Position numbers and translations under genes: made by a program. From the NCBI RefSeq assembly GCF_002113885.1, contig NW_018408821.1:1176135-1240134 (forward strand): 64,000 nucleotides of DNA. The letters run 5' to 3'. Below, one piece after another: positions 1 to 13,590 of this stretch (position 1 is the stretch's first letter; every line of letters begins with the position of its first letter). A model generated the notes under the pieces. The model made no database searches. It was not told the origin of the DNA and saw only the letters and a list, made by a program, of their open reading frames with translations. Source of the DNA: Mizuhopecten yessoensis (Eukaryota).

Positions 1-1937
1 CATTCAACACTATAACAGCGTTTTATTATTGGACAGATTTTACCAATTCTACCAAGTCTTATTAAATCCTCCCTAATAAAAGCTTAGTTTATCTTAAACA
101 CAAACGGTGATTGAAAAGCTTATTTTGCGAGCTTTCGTAAATGTTTGTTTCCTTTGATGAATGAGTGATAACAACCGAGGACTCCCGGTAAAGCTCCATG
201 AAACAACATAGACCATACTACAAGCATGTGTATCATGGAGGGGTCCTGATCATATGAGCTAAAGAAGTAAGCTTTAATATGTTAAAATGTTAAAGGTTAC
301 ACTTGTAAGTAGTGTGTATTTAATACATGTTAGTATTAATATGAAAATGATATTGCAGACAATATAAGTATACGGAATACATTGTTGTTATGATGCAGAC
401 CGCCTGGTTACAGTTCCTTCGTTCTTTTTGTGTGATACAGAGTTGCACTTTGTAATATTCTTATATAGACATCCTAGGATAACACTCACCCAAATAGTCT
501 CATGAACAAAAAAAGTATTGGTAGAGATATGGGTTTCTCTGAGAGTCATTTGCTATTTGAACCCGTACATTACATATTATAGTATAACATGCAGAAAAAT
601 ACGAAACTATCACATTGAGTAAGAGTGTTTATTGTTGTTTTGTACCCTTAGATATATATCATGTACATAAGTTTTTCGTATTTCCGGTTTTATTGATAAA
701 TTGTCTTATATTGTTCCTGCATACAAAGGTCTAATGCATTGCTATAGCAGCGCCTTACCCATGCATGCGTGACGGTATCGCTGACCAGTCTTGGTTTGGC
801 ATTCATTGTTTAGGCAGCGTGTGATAAATAACGTGCCATTTCTTTGAGAAAGGTCTTTAGTCGTCGTACATAATTACAATATTTATCTCCGTCTTCCTGT
901 CTGGGCTCGTGCTACACAATATCGACTGTATTCATCTGTAACCAATAGAGTTTGTGAGATGTTTCTAAAGTCATATCTTGAACATTATTTTTTCCTGTCT
1001 AAAAGGTCACAGTCGGAGCTAGAACGTATCACCAGAACCATTCATAATAGTGAGCAATGCTTTTATGCGGGACTGATTACTCTTGGTGTCTAGTCCATGG
1101 CGACTGAACTTCCCTGTGTTTCCATGCGACTATCCATTACGTCCCAAGCTTGAGCTGTCATGAGGGCTCCAAATGCTGTCTCTCAGATACCATCGTGCCT
1201 TGTCAGGACGAGGAAACAAAGAGAGACTGGTACCAACCCAGCCTGACAATCTCCTCGTTCTCGAATGCCAAAACGATATATTGGCAAACACAATTATAGC
1301 TTCGGAGCTTCATAGCTTTGTCATTTTCCATTCTGTTTTATCTACAATAAAGAGAATTATAAAGTAAAGGAGCCATGTGGGACTGGGAGTATCGAATCTC
1401 GTGATATCATTTGTTTTTATTCACATGGGGATGTTTCTTGTTTGTTTAAAGTGTTCTATTTCCCTTGTGTTGTGTTTTGTTATTTCGGAATTATTCAATG
1501 ATTTGGTCCCTGGGCTCATCAGTTTCATAGGAAGTTTGTCCTCGTGTTGGGGTGGGGATTGGGGGGTGAGGGGCTCGTTTTTCTCTTGCATATATTGATG
1601 TATAATATGTTTTGTTACACCTCAAGTGAATTTCTAGCTATTTGATTGGTTGGGAGAAAATTAAACAAAAATCTCTTTCACCCTCCGAAAATACATTGGT
1701 TTTAAGGGGCGCGGGTGATATTGCCATGAGACAGTGAAAAATATCACATGCGCAAAAAATGTGCGTGCACCGCTTCGTTTTCCCACCGTGATGGTCACAA
1801 GAACGTTTGACGGCAACAGCCAATTTCTTCAAGCGCCGGTGCGATAGCGATTGTAAACAGCAGACTATCAACAAACAAGATGTCATTATCGAGGTTTGCT
1901 GCCGTTTCTGAGCTACAAAGACTTTTGGTGTAACAAA

Positions 1938-2081
1938 ATAAATATGACATTCATTAGCAGGTGACAGTGAATATTGTCAACCCTCAAAAACCCATTGTCA
2001 CCCTCGGCTTCGCCTCGGGTGACAATGGTTTTCTCGGGTTGACAATATTCACTGTCACCTGCTAATGAATGTCATATTTAT
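1938..2081. mobile_element. Long near-perfect palindrome, likely the end of a non-autonomous DNA transposon (Crypton-like hairpin element)
   Basis: Arms ataaatatgacattcattagcaggtgacagtgaatattgtcaaccc...ccattgtcaccc and gggtgacaatgg...gggttgacaatattcactgtcacctgctaatgaatgtcatatttat surround a tcggcttcgcctc loop. The element may extend left to ~1640. The family call rests on resemblance only. Confidence 0.65.
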
Positions 2082-2714
2082 ATAATATTATTAATCAAAT
2101 TAACGTTAATATATATAATATATTCCTATCTGGTGGATTGTTTAGATAATATTTAGGAAGTATTTAAACCTCCAAATGCTCAACACTCTGCGGTAAGGGT
2201 TTAAACTTATATAAAATCCATAAACTTTAGATCTTGTAAAACACACGACTTAATAGAGAGCACAAATAATTGTATAAAGACGCACCCAAATAAATGCAGA
2301 TACACACATTCATATTGTTACTAAAATGTGTACATTTGAAGACAAATAATGACTGATCTTGCCATAATACGTATGTACCGATGTTTGTAATATCTAAAAG
2401 ACATATGCTAATTTTTCCTTCAGTCTTAAATTCATATTTGATAGGAAAAACTATAGATCAGTGCTAGAATGTTAAAGATTTAGACTTAATTTAAAATACT
2501 TTTATGTACTGTAGCAGCATTTTAATCAAATCACAGTCATATTTGGGCTAGTTATTGAACTTATTCAGGTAAAGACATGCCTTTCGAAGTACATCTACAG
2601 ACACTTTTACCTTTTGTCATAGTCAAATGGGTCTAATGAAATAATATGAAAGGACAAAGGTGAGTGCGATCAATAGGTTATATGATAAATAAACAAATAT
2701 GCAACATATACAAC

Positions 2715-3097
2715 ATTTGATATAGCGCCCTATCTATCTAGAATAAGCCACTCTCAAGAGTTTAACAGTACATAGATACATAATTTATACAATCTGTGTA
2801 CATTAAATAATACATTAATCAATATAATTATGAGGAATTTGTAGGAGCTGCCTTATCAGCCGCTAATTATTAGTGCTATGCCATCTGGCTAATACTGTAC
2901 CTCCCTTTGTTTATATGCCTACGTGTGTGCTAGAGATGTATTGTGTTCTATTCGTAGTGGTCCGCGCGTCCAACATTGTCTTTTAAGGGCCACCTTACTT
3001 TGAATGCTGCAGCACAGATACTGCAACATCCACCCTAGAGCCCCGGCCGCCTGCGCTGAGGGCCGGAGTGTTACATAACCACTCGGCAAATCCATCC
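2715..3097 (-). mobile_element. Decayed tRNA-derived SINE with LINE2-like tail
   Basis: The minus strand begins ggatggatttgccgagtggtta (A-box-like), has a GC-richer body, and ends gggcgctatatcaaat, resembling the L2-type gcgctatataaat SINE tail. Confidence 0.5.
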
Positions 3098-3404
3098 ATT
3101 CAATAAAAATGTAGCTTCATTTATTTTAATATATGATATATTAACTCTTCATGACGAAGTAAGATTAAAGCCGCAGATTTAGGATTTGACCAGTCCTACG
3201 CTACCAAAAGAAACCATATGCTACCTAAGAGGTAAAACTAAAGACTGTCGGAGTAGACTTTGAAGTGTATGAAAACGCAATGAGTTTGATTCGTTATATC
3301 ACATATAGTTTGTATGTTATATGTTTTTTTTAATATCTATTGCAACAAGGAATACGTGTCAATTATTATGAAAAGTTCTTTTACACAACCAATATTGTTT
3401 TTTT

Positions 3405-3463
3405 TCTATGTGACGTTTCGATGACTAGTACGATATGTACACTGTCACCTTCATCAGACAAAG
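3405..3463 (-). ncRNA. Minimal type I hammerhead ribozyme in a Penelope pseudo-LTR
   Basis: Minus strand reads ttgt-CTGATGA-a-ggtgac-agt-gtac-atatc-gtac-ta-gtcatc-GAAA-cg-tc-aca. It has the conserved CUGAUGA and GAAA boxes, stem II ggtgac/gtcatc plus gtac/gtac, a palindromic mini stem III (acgt), a GUC cleavage triplet and stem I tgt/aca. Confidence 0.75.
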
Positions 3464-3571
3464 GTGTACGAGTCGTCCACAAAATCGATGTCGATTTCGG
3501 CTACGCTGTAAGCGTATGCACAATAGTTGTTATATGTGTACCGAAATGACTCGATTCAGCTACGCTTTGTT

Positions 3572-3853
3572 TAATACTAGGTCATAGATGTGTTAGAGTC
3601 TTTGTTCCCCCTCGTTTTGATTTAGAACTGGCCCACTGCGGCGTATCCAGATGGCTTCCTTTATCTGCCGCTTGAACAGATTGCTCTCTCTGTCCAAAAC
3701 TTTAGAGTTATCCCGGTCAATCATATGCTTTTTCTGTGTGGCAGGGTCTGTGAATGTCGATTTAATTATGTGGGACTCCGACTGCTTCCTTTCTGATCTT
3801 GTGAATTTCCTACCATCCTTGGTTTCTGTATCTTTCCGGTGTTCACCAAGGCG
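3572..3853 (-). mobile_element. Penelope-like retroelement (Poseidon-type) GIY-YIG endonuclease C-terminal fragment, pseudogenic
   Basis: Hand translation RLGEHRKDTETKDGRKFTRSERKQSESHIIKSTFTDPATQKKHMIDRDNSKVLDRESNLFKRQIKEAIWIRRSGPVLNQNEGEQRL*HIYDLVL matches the PLE pattern RLxEH...KSAxxDH..H.IDW...RxIKEAIWIR...LNxDEG..LSHIYD. One in-frame stop. Confidence 0.85.
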
Positions 3854-6800
3854 GACCCAACATCGCCTTACATGCCAGTAATGTTTAAAATACCGAAAAT
3901 CAGTTAAATAAATTTGAACCTATCTTTAACCTTCAGTAAAAATGAATTGGAATCGATACCGTCAAACATGAATGAGACATGTTTCATAACAGAAAATGGT
4001 CGATAAGGTCACCTCGGACTTAATGGAAAGCAATTAATTGTTTTAAGTGAAATTAACCTGTCAAAATGATACTCACATCATCAGATATATTAGTGCGGGG
4101 AACTAGTATGATCACGTATTATTTTGCCTTTGTTTTTGTTCCAAATAGCTGACGTCTTCTGTAAAAACATTCATGTAACAGTCCATAATGCTTCAAAAAT
4201 CAGGAATTTTCTACGTTCAGTAAAGCCGTGAATTCTATTTTTTTTCTCTATGAAAGATTTTTAGAGGACAAATCTCGCTCCTAGAGTCATTCTAGCGTCA
4301 TTGCATCTTAATATTCCGCTTTACCTGTATATTAACATCCAACATATGTAGTCAAATAAACACAAATATAGCAGATTATAGTTTTGATATAACAAATATA
4401 CTGTTTACATTTCTTATCAAAGAACTTCAAATCATGTAGCACTTAATGTATTTATATCGTTTCCTCCACAAGAAAAATATTTTTGATTTGCTTTGAACAG
4501 AACATCAACAAAAAGTTAAAACAACAAAGTTTCAAAATATGTGTACATTTCATGACTTTACCTTACACCATTCGATTAATCAAAAACAAAACAATGGTTT
4601 ACCAACAACTCATGTAGTTAATTTATAATTCATTATCTTTAGTAGATATTTTGACATCAATTCATATACAAGAGGCAATGTACATAATACATGATAAAGA
4701 TAAAGCAATATTGCGACCGATAACCCGGAAATAGCCTCTTACAGAACATGGCTGTTATTGCATGACCTATCTCCTTTCTTGAAGATTAACTTCCGGCAGG
4801 ACATTGACCAGTACTATTTATGAAGCTACCCTTCTTATGTCACACATCAGGACAACGTGATATAAAGATTTACGTTGCCAATCCTATCCACATTTGTAAG
4901 TAATTATGATACTGTCAAGGCATAGATATACGAACAAATACAATCAAGACTGACTTCTACAGGATACAACTACCACCTTGGAGCCTCTTGCGGACAGTTT
5001 ATGCCATGAAACGCAATTCCTTGTGAAAGAGGAATAATGATAAAATTGGATATACATATTGGCATCATTTGTCTTAAGTTTTTTCCACGTGTGGATCCGT
5101 TTCCAGATTGCACCATTTAGAATTACTAATTCCCCGTATCGAGTTCTGGTCAAAAGTTTGACTAAGAAATGATTAAAAGGTTAGATAGCCAAAGAGTGAC
5201 ACATCCGTTTAAGAATATTTTTTTTTTATGCATATTATGCATACTTTTCAAATCAGGCAGAAACAAAATTATGGGGAAAACAATCGATTTAAATCCACAT
5301 CCTTGATTCCATTTTAAGAAAAACAGACAGGACATGTAGTTAGATATGGTCTGAGTGTTTATTCCTGAATGTATAAATAGTTACTATACACATGCAATGT
5401 GATATAACACTTAAATTGGTTTAGCAAACAGCGCGTGTAATTACGCGCAATTACCGGAAGTTAGAAGTTGTCACATTTCATGCAAATGGCGTAATTTACG
5501 TCCTCGTTTCCGGTTCGATCACCGCCATTAACTTCCGGGTTCTCCTGCTGCGTCAATATGCAGGATATGTTGGTGGTAATGAATGGTGTCGTTTCGCTAA
5601 TCGACAATTCTACTTCAGTACGAGTTTGTCTACAATTGTAACACGTTGTGACAAAGTGACAAGCTCTTTCCGCATTTATTTCAATGGCATTTTTACATTT
5701 AGTTCCGCACCTTTCATTATGATGTTTATTAAAGTTAATATTCACGTATGTTTAGAAATCGAAAAATATTTTCTTCCTGCAATGCATCTTGGTCAATACT
5801 CCCTGTCAGTTTTTTTAAAGTTATACAATTTGCCCCTGCGTATTTTACTTTACTGTTTTGGGCATATTGTCATCTCCTTAAGATATTGTATATCATATTT
5901 TAATTACGCTGCAATTTATATGACATTAAATAATCGGGACGAATGTTTCTGTATTATGTTTGAAATGCTGTCATATCATGTTTTAGATAAGGTCGTTAAG
6001 CATTTCATGTGAATTAACGACCTTTTAAATGATTAATCACCGATAAAGTTTTTCAAAAACAATCAGCTTAACTTTTGGTTTCGTTTTTAGTTTTAACGAT
6101 TGTTCTCGTAATTGTAGGAATAAGTGTAATTTATCTCAGGATACGGTACCGTAGGCCTTAATCATTGTACGCTCTATTCGAAATCAATCTTGCTGATATT
6201 TGTACCCCTTACGTCAATACTTATACGTTGCATATTAACCCAATGTGTGGCGTGCATAAGCGCAGTAGAAATCGAAATCTGCGTTGAAATGTCCAGTTAT
6301 ATTAAGAGAAAACCATCATGTTTCACATTTCTTTCTCATACTTTTACTCTAAATGGACATTCAGCGTTAAGCATTTGCTAATTATTTCCGGCGAACAAGC
6401 GTTGTTTATGACTTGTGCATATCTTATTGTTTGTTAACATGCGTTAACTGTTTAAATTCCCTTAGCTTAACCTATCTAAAAAGTAAAGTAGCATAAACAG
6501 CCATCCCTTAATACCTGTTAATGGTTGTCATAGGACAAATATGCATAAGACACTACAAGTGTTTTCTATTTTGGAATTTTATTTCTGCATCTTTCTATTT
6601 GGATTTTTTTTTAAATTTTAATTTGATATGTTTTGATTATGGTGCAAGCTTCTATAGAATGTTTAACAAGACTGTTCGTAGAGAGAAAGAAAGGAATAGA
6701 TAAATAAATATATGATTTAATTAAGAAGTACTTGTCGACAAATTGAACTTCCGGTCGTTCTGTATTATGGTCGAGTTTACAACGAAAGTACAGTGAACCA

Positions 6801-7474
6801 GTCAGCTAGAAAGATTTGCTACCCTATTCAATGCTTCCATGTCTAGTCTGTAACTAATTCTCCTGTTCCACACGATACACTGTCTTGTATTATTTGAGAG
6901 CTCTCAGGAACGAGTTGTTGATTTCGTTATGCGATTTCTGTGATTGTATAGTCGTATTTATCTTTGAAATACAATGTCATCCTTGAGTGTTGTCAGTTTA
7001 TAGTGTACATGTAAATTGTTCTATTTAAGGTGATATGTGAAATATTTCTAAGTACAGTCTAGCCATTCTCGGCCCTCATCGTGTACCAAGCTATCTATAT
7101 ACCAACCTCTGCTTCAATGAGGCCTGTTTTACGGTGAACAATCTGTACTTGACAAGCAAAAGGGAATCTATATCGTACTATGTGGTACACGACGCAGTGG
7201 ATAAATAAATATTACTTAACTATATACAGTGTACCAGTAGTGATTCAACTGAAAAAAAAGGCTTTTGATATTATGATTTAAGTTTTTATTTATACATGAT
7301 TAGTGTTATTATATTTTATTTGTTTGTTAAGATCTATTGCGGCGCATGACAGGGATAATACTGTCCAAATTAATAACAACAAAGAGGCTTCGATAAATGA
7401 AATGTTATGCTGAAACATGGTAGCAAAGTTAGGTGATTCAGACAGTATACAGTGACGTCTAACGTTAAAAGTCA

Positions 7475-7740
7475 GGAACCGTACTCATGAAACCGTTTTC
7501 ATGCTCAAACTCATATCCTATGCAATAGCTCAATATCCATTGTTGGTGAAAATTTGATTGAAAATCACATTTTGTCCAATGATTTTGAGAAATTTTGGAA
7601 AGACTTTATGCCAAGCACTATTTTCAAAACTAATGCTTCGGTTTTTTACCTTATCACATGATTAACGTGAGCGTCAGGAAAAATGGTTTGAGCACATAAT
7701 CCATGCTTGACCATGAGAACGGTTGTATGAACACGGGCCA
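7475..7740. mobile_element. Decayed MITE with ~30-bp terminal inverted repeats (PIF/Harbinger-like)
   Basis: ccgtactcatgaaaccgttttcatgctcaa (7479) versus the reverse complement of ttgaccatgagaacggttgtatgaacacgg (ending 7736); right end gggcc. Confidence 0.5.
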
Positions 7741-9134
7741 TGATATTCAAATAAAGGAATCTGACATTAAGGAAAGATATAAATTAATATTTCAAGAAAT
7801 TAAATTTTCAAAATTTGTTATTTTAAATGTATTAATTATACATGATAAAAAGTCTTTACGAGGTTGTGCGGCAATAGCAAATCTATATCAATCATATATA
7901 ACTAAAACGTAGTCGGAATATAGATAGTTTGACTGATTTACTGACTGAAATAATACTGATAAAACCAATACCACAGCATAACACACACAAAAGCAAGATC
8001 GTAGAAGAAAGAAGTGCTCCAGAGGAGATAGAGTCCTTCAAGCAGAGCCAACAAACATTTTATTTGTTTGTGGTATGACGTCTTCACAACAGCTGATGTC
8101 ATTTGAAAATGGACATTAACATGAGGTCAAGATGTGATTTTTAATCTTTGTCCATGAAAAAGTAATTAAATACAGGAAACACAAACAATATTTCACCGGA
8201 AAGGAATATTATTTGATCAATAAAATCTCATCGGTGATGATGGAAGCCACAATGCTAGTTTCAATAGCGTGAAACAGATAATAAAACAGAATTGATCACC
8301 AAATTACGATATTACTGAGACAGTCACTACGTGCCGGAGAACACACGTTTCTTATACACGTGTGCATAACGACGATCTTGCTGGGGTAAAATAAAATGTA
8401 TTATCACTTTTGCCTCGTTCGTCCTTTCTTCATGTAACTTGAAACAATGGACGCTAGAGGAAATGATAGTTGACCATTCTATGAAAATTGGTACTGTTTT
8501 CGTCCCTCCATTTAGTATAAACCATATTTTATTTCGTAAATTTGCAATTACAATATACAGGACATTTAATTATTACATACATGAAATAGGATCCAGAAAC
8601 AAGTTATTAAACTTATATCAATCTGTTTCCTAAGAGAGAGAGTAGAAGAACGAGGAGAAGAAATAGGAAGAGAAGAAAGAATAGCATTTGCCAATGTACA
8701 AAACGTTAACCTATGTAAATGTCACTGATGTCATAATGGATATATAACAATTGAAAATATATGCTGTGTACTACTACAAAGATGCTACGAAAATACTAAT
8801 AGCATATGGCACAACTGATATGGGGAAAATCCCACGCGCGCGCACAACCACACCCCCTCACACACCCCCTCACACACAAAACCGAGGTGAAAAATTGGAT
8901 GTATGATTTAAATAGGTAAAAAAACTTTTGATTTAATAACAAAATTTTGTACACAGCTAAATATAATTCGATTTTGGGCAGGTGAAAGATTGTTGTCACA
9001 AAACAGGAGGGTTTCTACTGAGGTATGATTGTGTATTAATGTGTTCATAGTTACGACAAGATAATAGATAATGATCGTTTGTTTCGTTTGCCTTACGGCA
9101 GGAACAGAGTGGAATCCCTTCTAATTTTTTTATG

Positions 9135-9455
9135 AAAAAGATGGCCGTTTAGTGAACTACATTTCACTCTGAGCCTGGCATGGTATATTTGGCCTATTCT
9201 AGTTCCACAGAAGTAATATGATTCTTTTTGTAGTAAGTTTCTGTTAAGATGTAGCTTTTGTTTTTTTTATGGATGCGTCATTCCGTATGTCTTCACGGAG
9301 TTCATTCCATAGATTGACAGAAGCAGACAGGAAAGATTGTTGATATAAGTTTGTTCTACAACGTACAGGTCTAAATCTATTTGCGTCTCTAGTGTTATAT
9401 TGGTGGATGTACGAATGTCGTTCTGGGAGAATGTTTCTAAGATATTTAACGTTAA
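9135..9455 (-). mobile_element. CR1/L2-like LINE ORF2 C-terminal fragment
   Basis: YLRNILPER...YNTRDANRF...CRTNLYQQSFLSASVNLWNEL, then in another frame YFCGTRIGQIYHARLRVKCSSLNGHLF; both are typical CR1-group ORF2 end motifs. Confidence 0.75.
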
Positions 9456-9756
9456 CCTGAAGTGAAAGTTGGCTATATTTTATGAACTTGCGTTTTGGGA
9501 AAGATCGACTCAAACTATCTGTAAGAGGATCTCTTTCATCGACACATCGTCTGTATTGAAGTAGAATCTCTGTCCTGATCCTGTCATGGGTATTGTGTAT
9601 ACGGTACACCAGCGTTCTAGGTGACGACTGTTGTGTCATAATGTACATACAAATGAAGACATCATTACAAATGATGCAACCCTACGATCTGAATTTGTTT
9701 TCACCTAATCTTTACATACGCATTTCCGTTTTTGCTAGAGAAAAATCTTGATATAA

Positions 9757-9848
9757 TCTTACCTGGGTGTGGTCCGTGGACAGCCAAACTCTTACCTGAG
9801 AGTTGGTATTTCCGTGTCCAAGGACCACTCCCATGGTTCATACTATTT
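9757..9848. repeat. Imperfect inverted repeat (hairpin-type non-autonomous element remnant)
   Basis: tgggtgtggtccgtggaca pairs with tgtccaaggaccactccca; inner aactct/agagtt. Confidence 0.5.
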
Positions 9849-11844
9849 CTACAATATTCGACCTAATATGTTAGTGTAAATGCTTTACTAGTGTTCATAT
9901 GTTTGGACTCCATGATGGTCGCGCATGAATACAATTATGGTTATTTCAAAAGGTAAATAACCCTGAAAATTGAACCAGAAATCCATTTAAAGCACAAAGT
10001 TAACAATATTTTCATTTTATGACACACATGTTATAAGTACAATATAATTCATTTAACACAGACGTATTCAGAATGATATTTATACACCTTAGATTTTTAA
10101 CTTTTCGATGAAACAGATGTATTATACTATGTACGTTGTATCAAATGCGATTGTTAAATAACGGAACAGTACATGTCTTGTTAGGACGTCATACTATTTC
10201 CTGGTACGGATTCATTTCTTTACGTAGCTTTGCCGTGTGATTTTTATAGAAGTTAAATTTGTAACTATTTGAAGGTACATATGCAGATAATAGGTACACT
10301 AATAAATGATTTTGTTTATGAAACGAAATACATATAGTTTGTTTCTGGCAATGACGTTATAAACCGTTGGACGATCCTAATGCATTTCGCTATGTACTTA
10401 TTAAAAGTATTTTTTTAACAAACAAAACACATTTCTGGTCGAGAAGTTAAATTCATAAACTAGTTGAAAACACTATGTACCTATTCTATGTGATTTTATA
10501 TGGCGGTAAGTATACGCTAGGTACTAGATGTGTTTTGAATAAAAAAAAAACCACCAGTACATTCCGGAGAAACCGATAGACATAAGGTATTTATATTAGA
10601 TAAAGATGGCGTCATTTTAATCAATGACGTTTTTGTAGCGTCAGTATACCAGAGAGTATATCAATCGTTATTTTGTATCTAATCCTTCATACGTCAAGTT
10701 TGATTAAACCTGCATTCAGTCAATTCAAACGTAAAGCAATGTACAGCCAGTAAAACTGTTTTTATCAACCACACATGACGTTTGAAATCAACAGCAGGTA
10801 AATACTGTTTTGTCTATAATTATGAAATTGTATGAGCTCCTACGGGTCATTCTTGGTTAAAAGAAACTGCATGAGCGCTTGCTGAAAATGTCACGTTTTA
10901 ACGATCTTGAACTAGGATTACTGCTGTAATTGTGTCTTTTGTTGACTTTAATGTGTACTCAGTATGAAATGTCTCTTTCATTTCCTTCCTTCCCGTTTAC
11001 TATCACACCTGATGACCAATACAGCTTTATTTTGTGACTTGAGGGAATCGTCAACTTATAATCTTTATCAATATCAACAGAATGTACTGGGTGTGTTTTG
11101 TATTGGATTCTGTTATGCTCGACTTTTTGTGACTGAACATAAACTGGCTTTTGTTTCTGTTCAGATAAGGAAGTGCGATACATGTCAAATTTCTTTGGAT
11201 GGATGTAAAACGTACTTGTTTTTACTATGGTTGGTTGTATTCCGCATTTTATTATGTTTCTGATGGGTCTAGGTTTCATGTCTTTTGGTTGTACTTTGAA
11301 TATTGCCCTACTTTATTTTTTGGGTTTGTTTACAATAGCAGTACATCTCATTTGGGAATTTCGTGGTCATAATGGTACTTACACCTGGCATTTGGAGTTT
11401 ATCGTTTAACTACATTCTTTGTATAATAAAACTGTAAGACAGGGGCAAAATTATATAGGGTATTGATATTAAGTGATGATAACGGGAAACGCATTTGTAT
11501 TATGTAGTTCTAATGGTAAAGTTCATGAAACGTGGTATACATGGTACATTTTGAGTAACATAATATGAACAATACACTGTTTATTATTCCATTGTACAAA
11601 TATTATATGCACATTGTATATTGTGTGTCTTACAACTTACAGATAAGTTTAGTGTATGTGTGTTTCGCGGTAGAATTGGTACACTGTATGTAGTGTTAAT
11701 TGGTAGAAAAGATTCATTTCTTTTTAAGAAATGGTACATGTTGTTGTTTGGCATTTGTTTGTACTATTCCGTATATACTATCATAACAATTCCACTCAAA
11801 CGAAGTATGGGACGACTTGCTTTTAATTTTACTCTTCATTATTT

Positions 11845-12550
11845 TTATTTTCTCCTGCCAAATGGTTTCCAGCTTTTTTCTCAGACACACCTAGACGGAT
11901 ACTTATCAAACTTCACATGTGCATTGGTTGGCATATCTAGATGTGCATACTACATTTCATTAACCGATCAGTCATCAAACATGGCTGCCGTGACTTCTGA
12001 TTAAGACATATTGATTTTTTTCTGTGTAGATTGGAATGAAAGTTAGTGAAAATGATATCTACGTAACAATTTTTATGTGTGAAACAAACCAAAGTTGGCC
12101 TTTTCCGCAGTGTGCTTACTGATTGGCTAGATATTGACCGATTTTGCTCAAAATGTGTTATTGTCTAGCTTCTGATTGGCCGAAATCTATATATTGCCTG
12201 ATTTTAATCAAGTTGGTATGTGGGTTTAAATTGTTATACGAATACTACTGCAAACAGCGATTAATGATTGGACACAAATTGTCAACTGGCCTGTTATTGG
12301 TTAAAAGAATAAAAAATGTTCCGTGTTTGTGCAAATGTAGTTTGTGAACACTTTTGGAGTTTATGTTTTCTAATTGGACCAATTACCGCTATTTTCCGAC
12401 TTTTGAAATGGTCAACATTTTGGTATTGACCGATTTTAATCAAATGTTGTATGTATGGACTTTATGACATTACGATTTCTGATGCATCATTGTGACTATG
12501 TGGGCAGTTATGGGGTTATCTGGGATGGTCCCATTATAATCAGGATTTGT
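11845..12550. mobile_element. Probable Helentron-associated (HINE-like) element with degenerate internal repeats
   Basis: Recurrent tgattggc...attgaccgatttt(g/a)..caaa..g modules at ~12120, ~12173 and ~12425, plus atcaaacttcacatg and aacatggctgcc motifs that I associate with mollusc Helentron-derived repeats. Confidence 0.4.
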
Positions 12551-13127
12551 TATTGTTTGCTGTTTCTTTGAGTATAACGATTTTGTATAAAGTGGTATTA
12601 GCTCTAACGACATATTATTTTGGCGCATTGTGACAAGAGCAGCATGTTGTATGATGTTACTATATCTGCATTGTCGGTCGTGTTTGTTGGCACTGCCGAT
12701 TCGTTGTTTGTTACGGTTTTTAGTTGTATCAAATCAATAAATTCTGCGCATGTTGGGAACACATATACTTGATGGCGGTTATTAGAAAACAATCAGTCAG
12801 GTATAGGACGCTAACTGTTCCTCGTTGTGTAAATATATAGCCAGCTAACCGTGCTCAATATCTCTAGGTTAAGCACATTAAGGCCATGTAATGGGAAAGA
12901 CAAACATATAAACATGTCTGGCTGTCTCCAGGTCTCGTCAATGAGTATAGAATATTCGTTCAAACTAAATGACCAGTGGGTAGTCGTTCCAGATGACACA
13001 TAAATCAGTTTGCTGCATAGTACGTTTCATCCTCATCAATTTTCAATATAAACAATTTTTTTAATTAACTAAGAATTCGGAATATCAACTACAAACACGT
13101 GAAATCTTTTAGAGATCCTACCAAGAT

Positions 13128-13590
13128 AAAGAAAAACTTGCCAAGTCCTTCAATTATACAGTTAAGCCTATCAACGATGTGTTGTATTTAAATAAAAAGA
13201 AGTTCATTTACTAAGTCGATCGTATATACTCTACACAATTTGAAACTAAAGCCACTGCATACTCTATTTCAACTGTCGCTTTCCTCGACCTTTACTTACA
13301 ACATGACAGACAGGAACGGCTTAATACTAAGTAGTACGATGAGCATGCATTTTTTGATTTCCTATCGTGAGCTCTTTCTTTCTTTATTGCAACATTCATG
13401 ATTTCCCTTACCAGGGTTTTTACAGGTCGCAATTAATTCGATATTCAAGAGTTTGTTCTGTATTACACGGTATTCCTGATATATTTCGAGTGATGGCGGG
13501 CAAACTGACGAGACAGAATTTTGAGAGATACAGGCTGATAAAGATTGGGCGCAAGTTTTATTGTAGTCATTATGCTCTCGTTTGAAAATG
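13128..13590 (+). mobile_element. Penelope-like (Neptune-type) reverse transcriptase fragment, pseudogenic
   Basis: Degenerate translation KLAKSFNYT..INDVLYLN...DRIY....E.K....VAFLDLYLQHDRQERLNTK*YD...FPIVSSF..CNI....GFYRSQLIRYSRVCS matches PLE RT motifs (FRYIDDVL, ASFLDL, TKLYDKRDDF, SQLIRYSR). Confidence 0.8.

Noticed and set aside
4077-4158. Exon-like segment with acceptor and donor on the minus strand
   Set aside because: Stops in all three frames; it could be non-coding, but this cannot be supported.
10959-11279. 106-aa minus-strand ORF
   Set aside because: No recognisable domain, upstream in-frame stop and no convincing splice sites.
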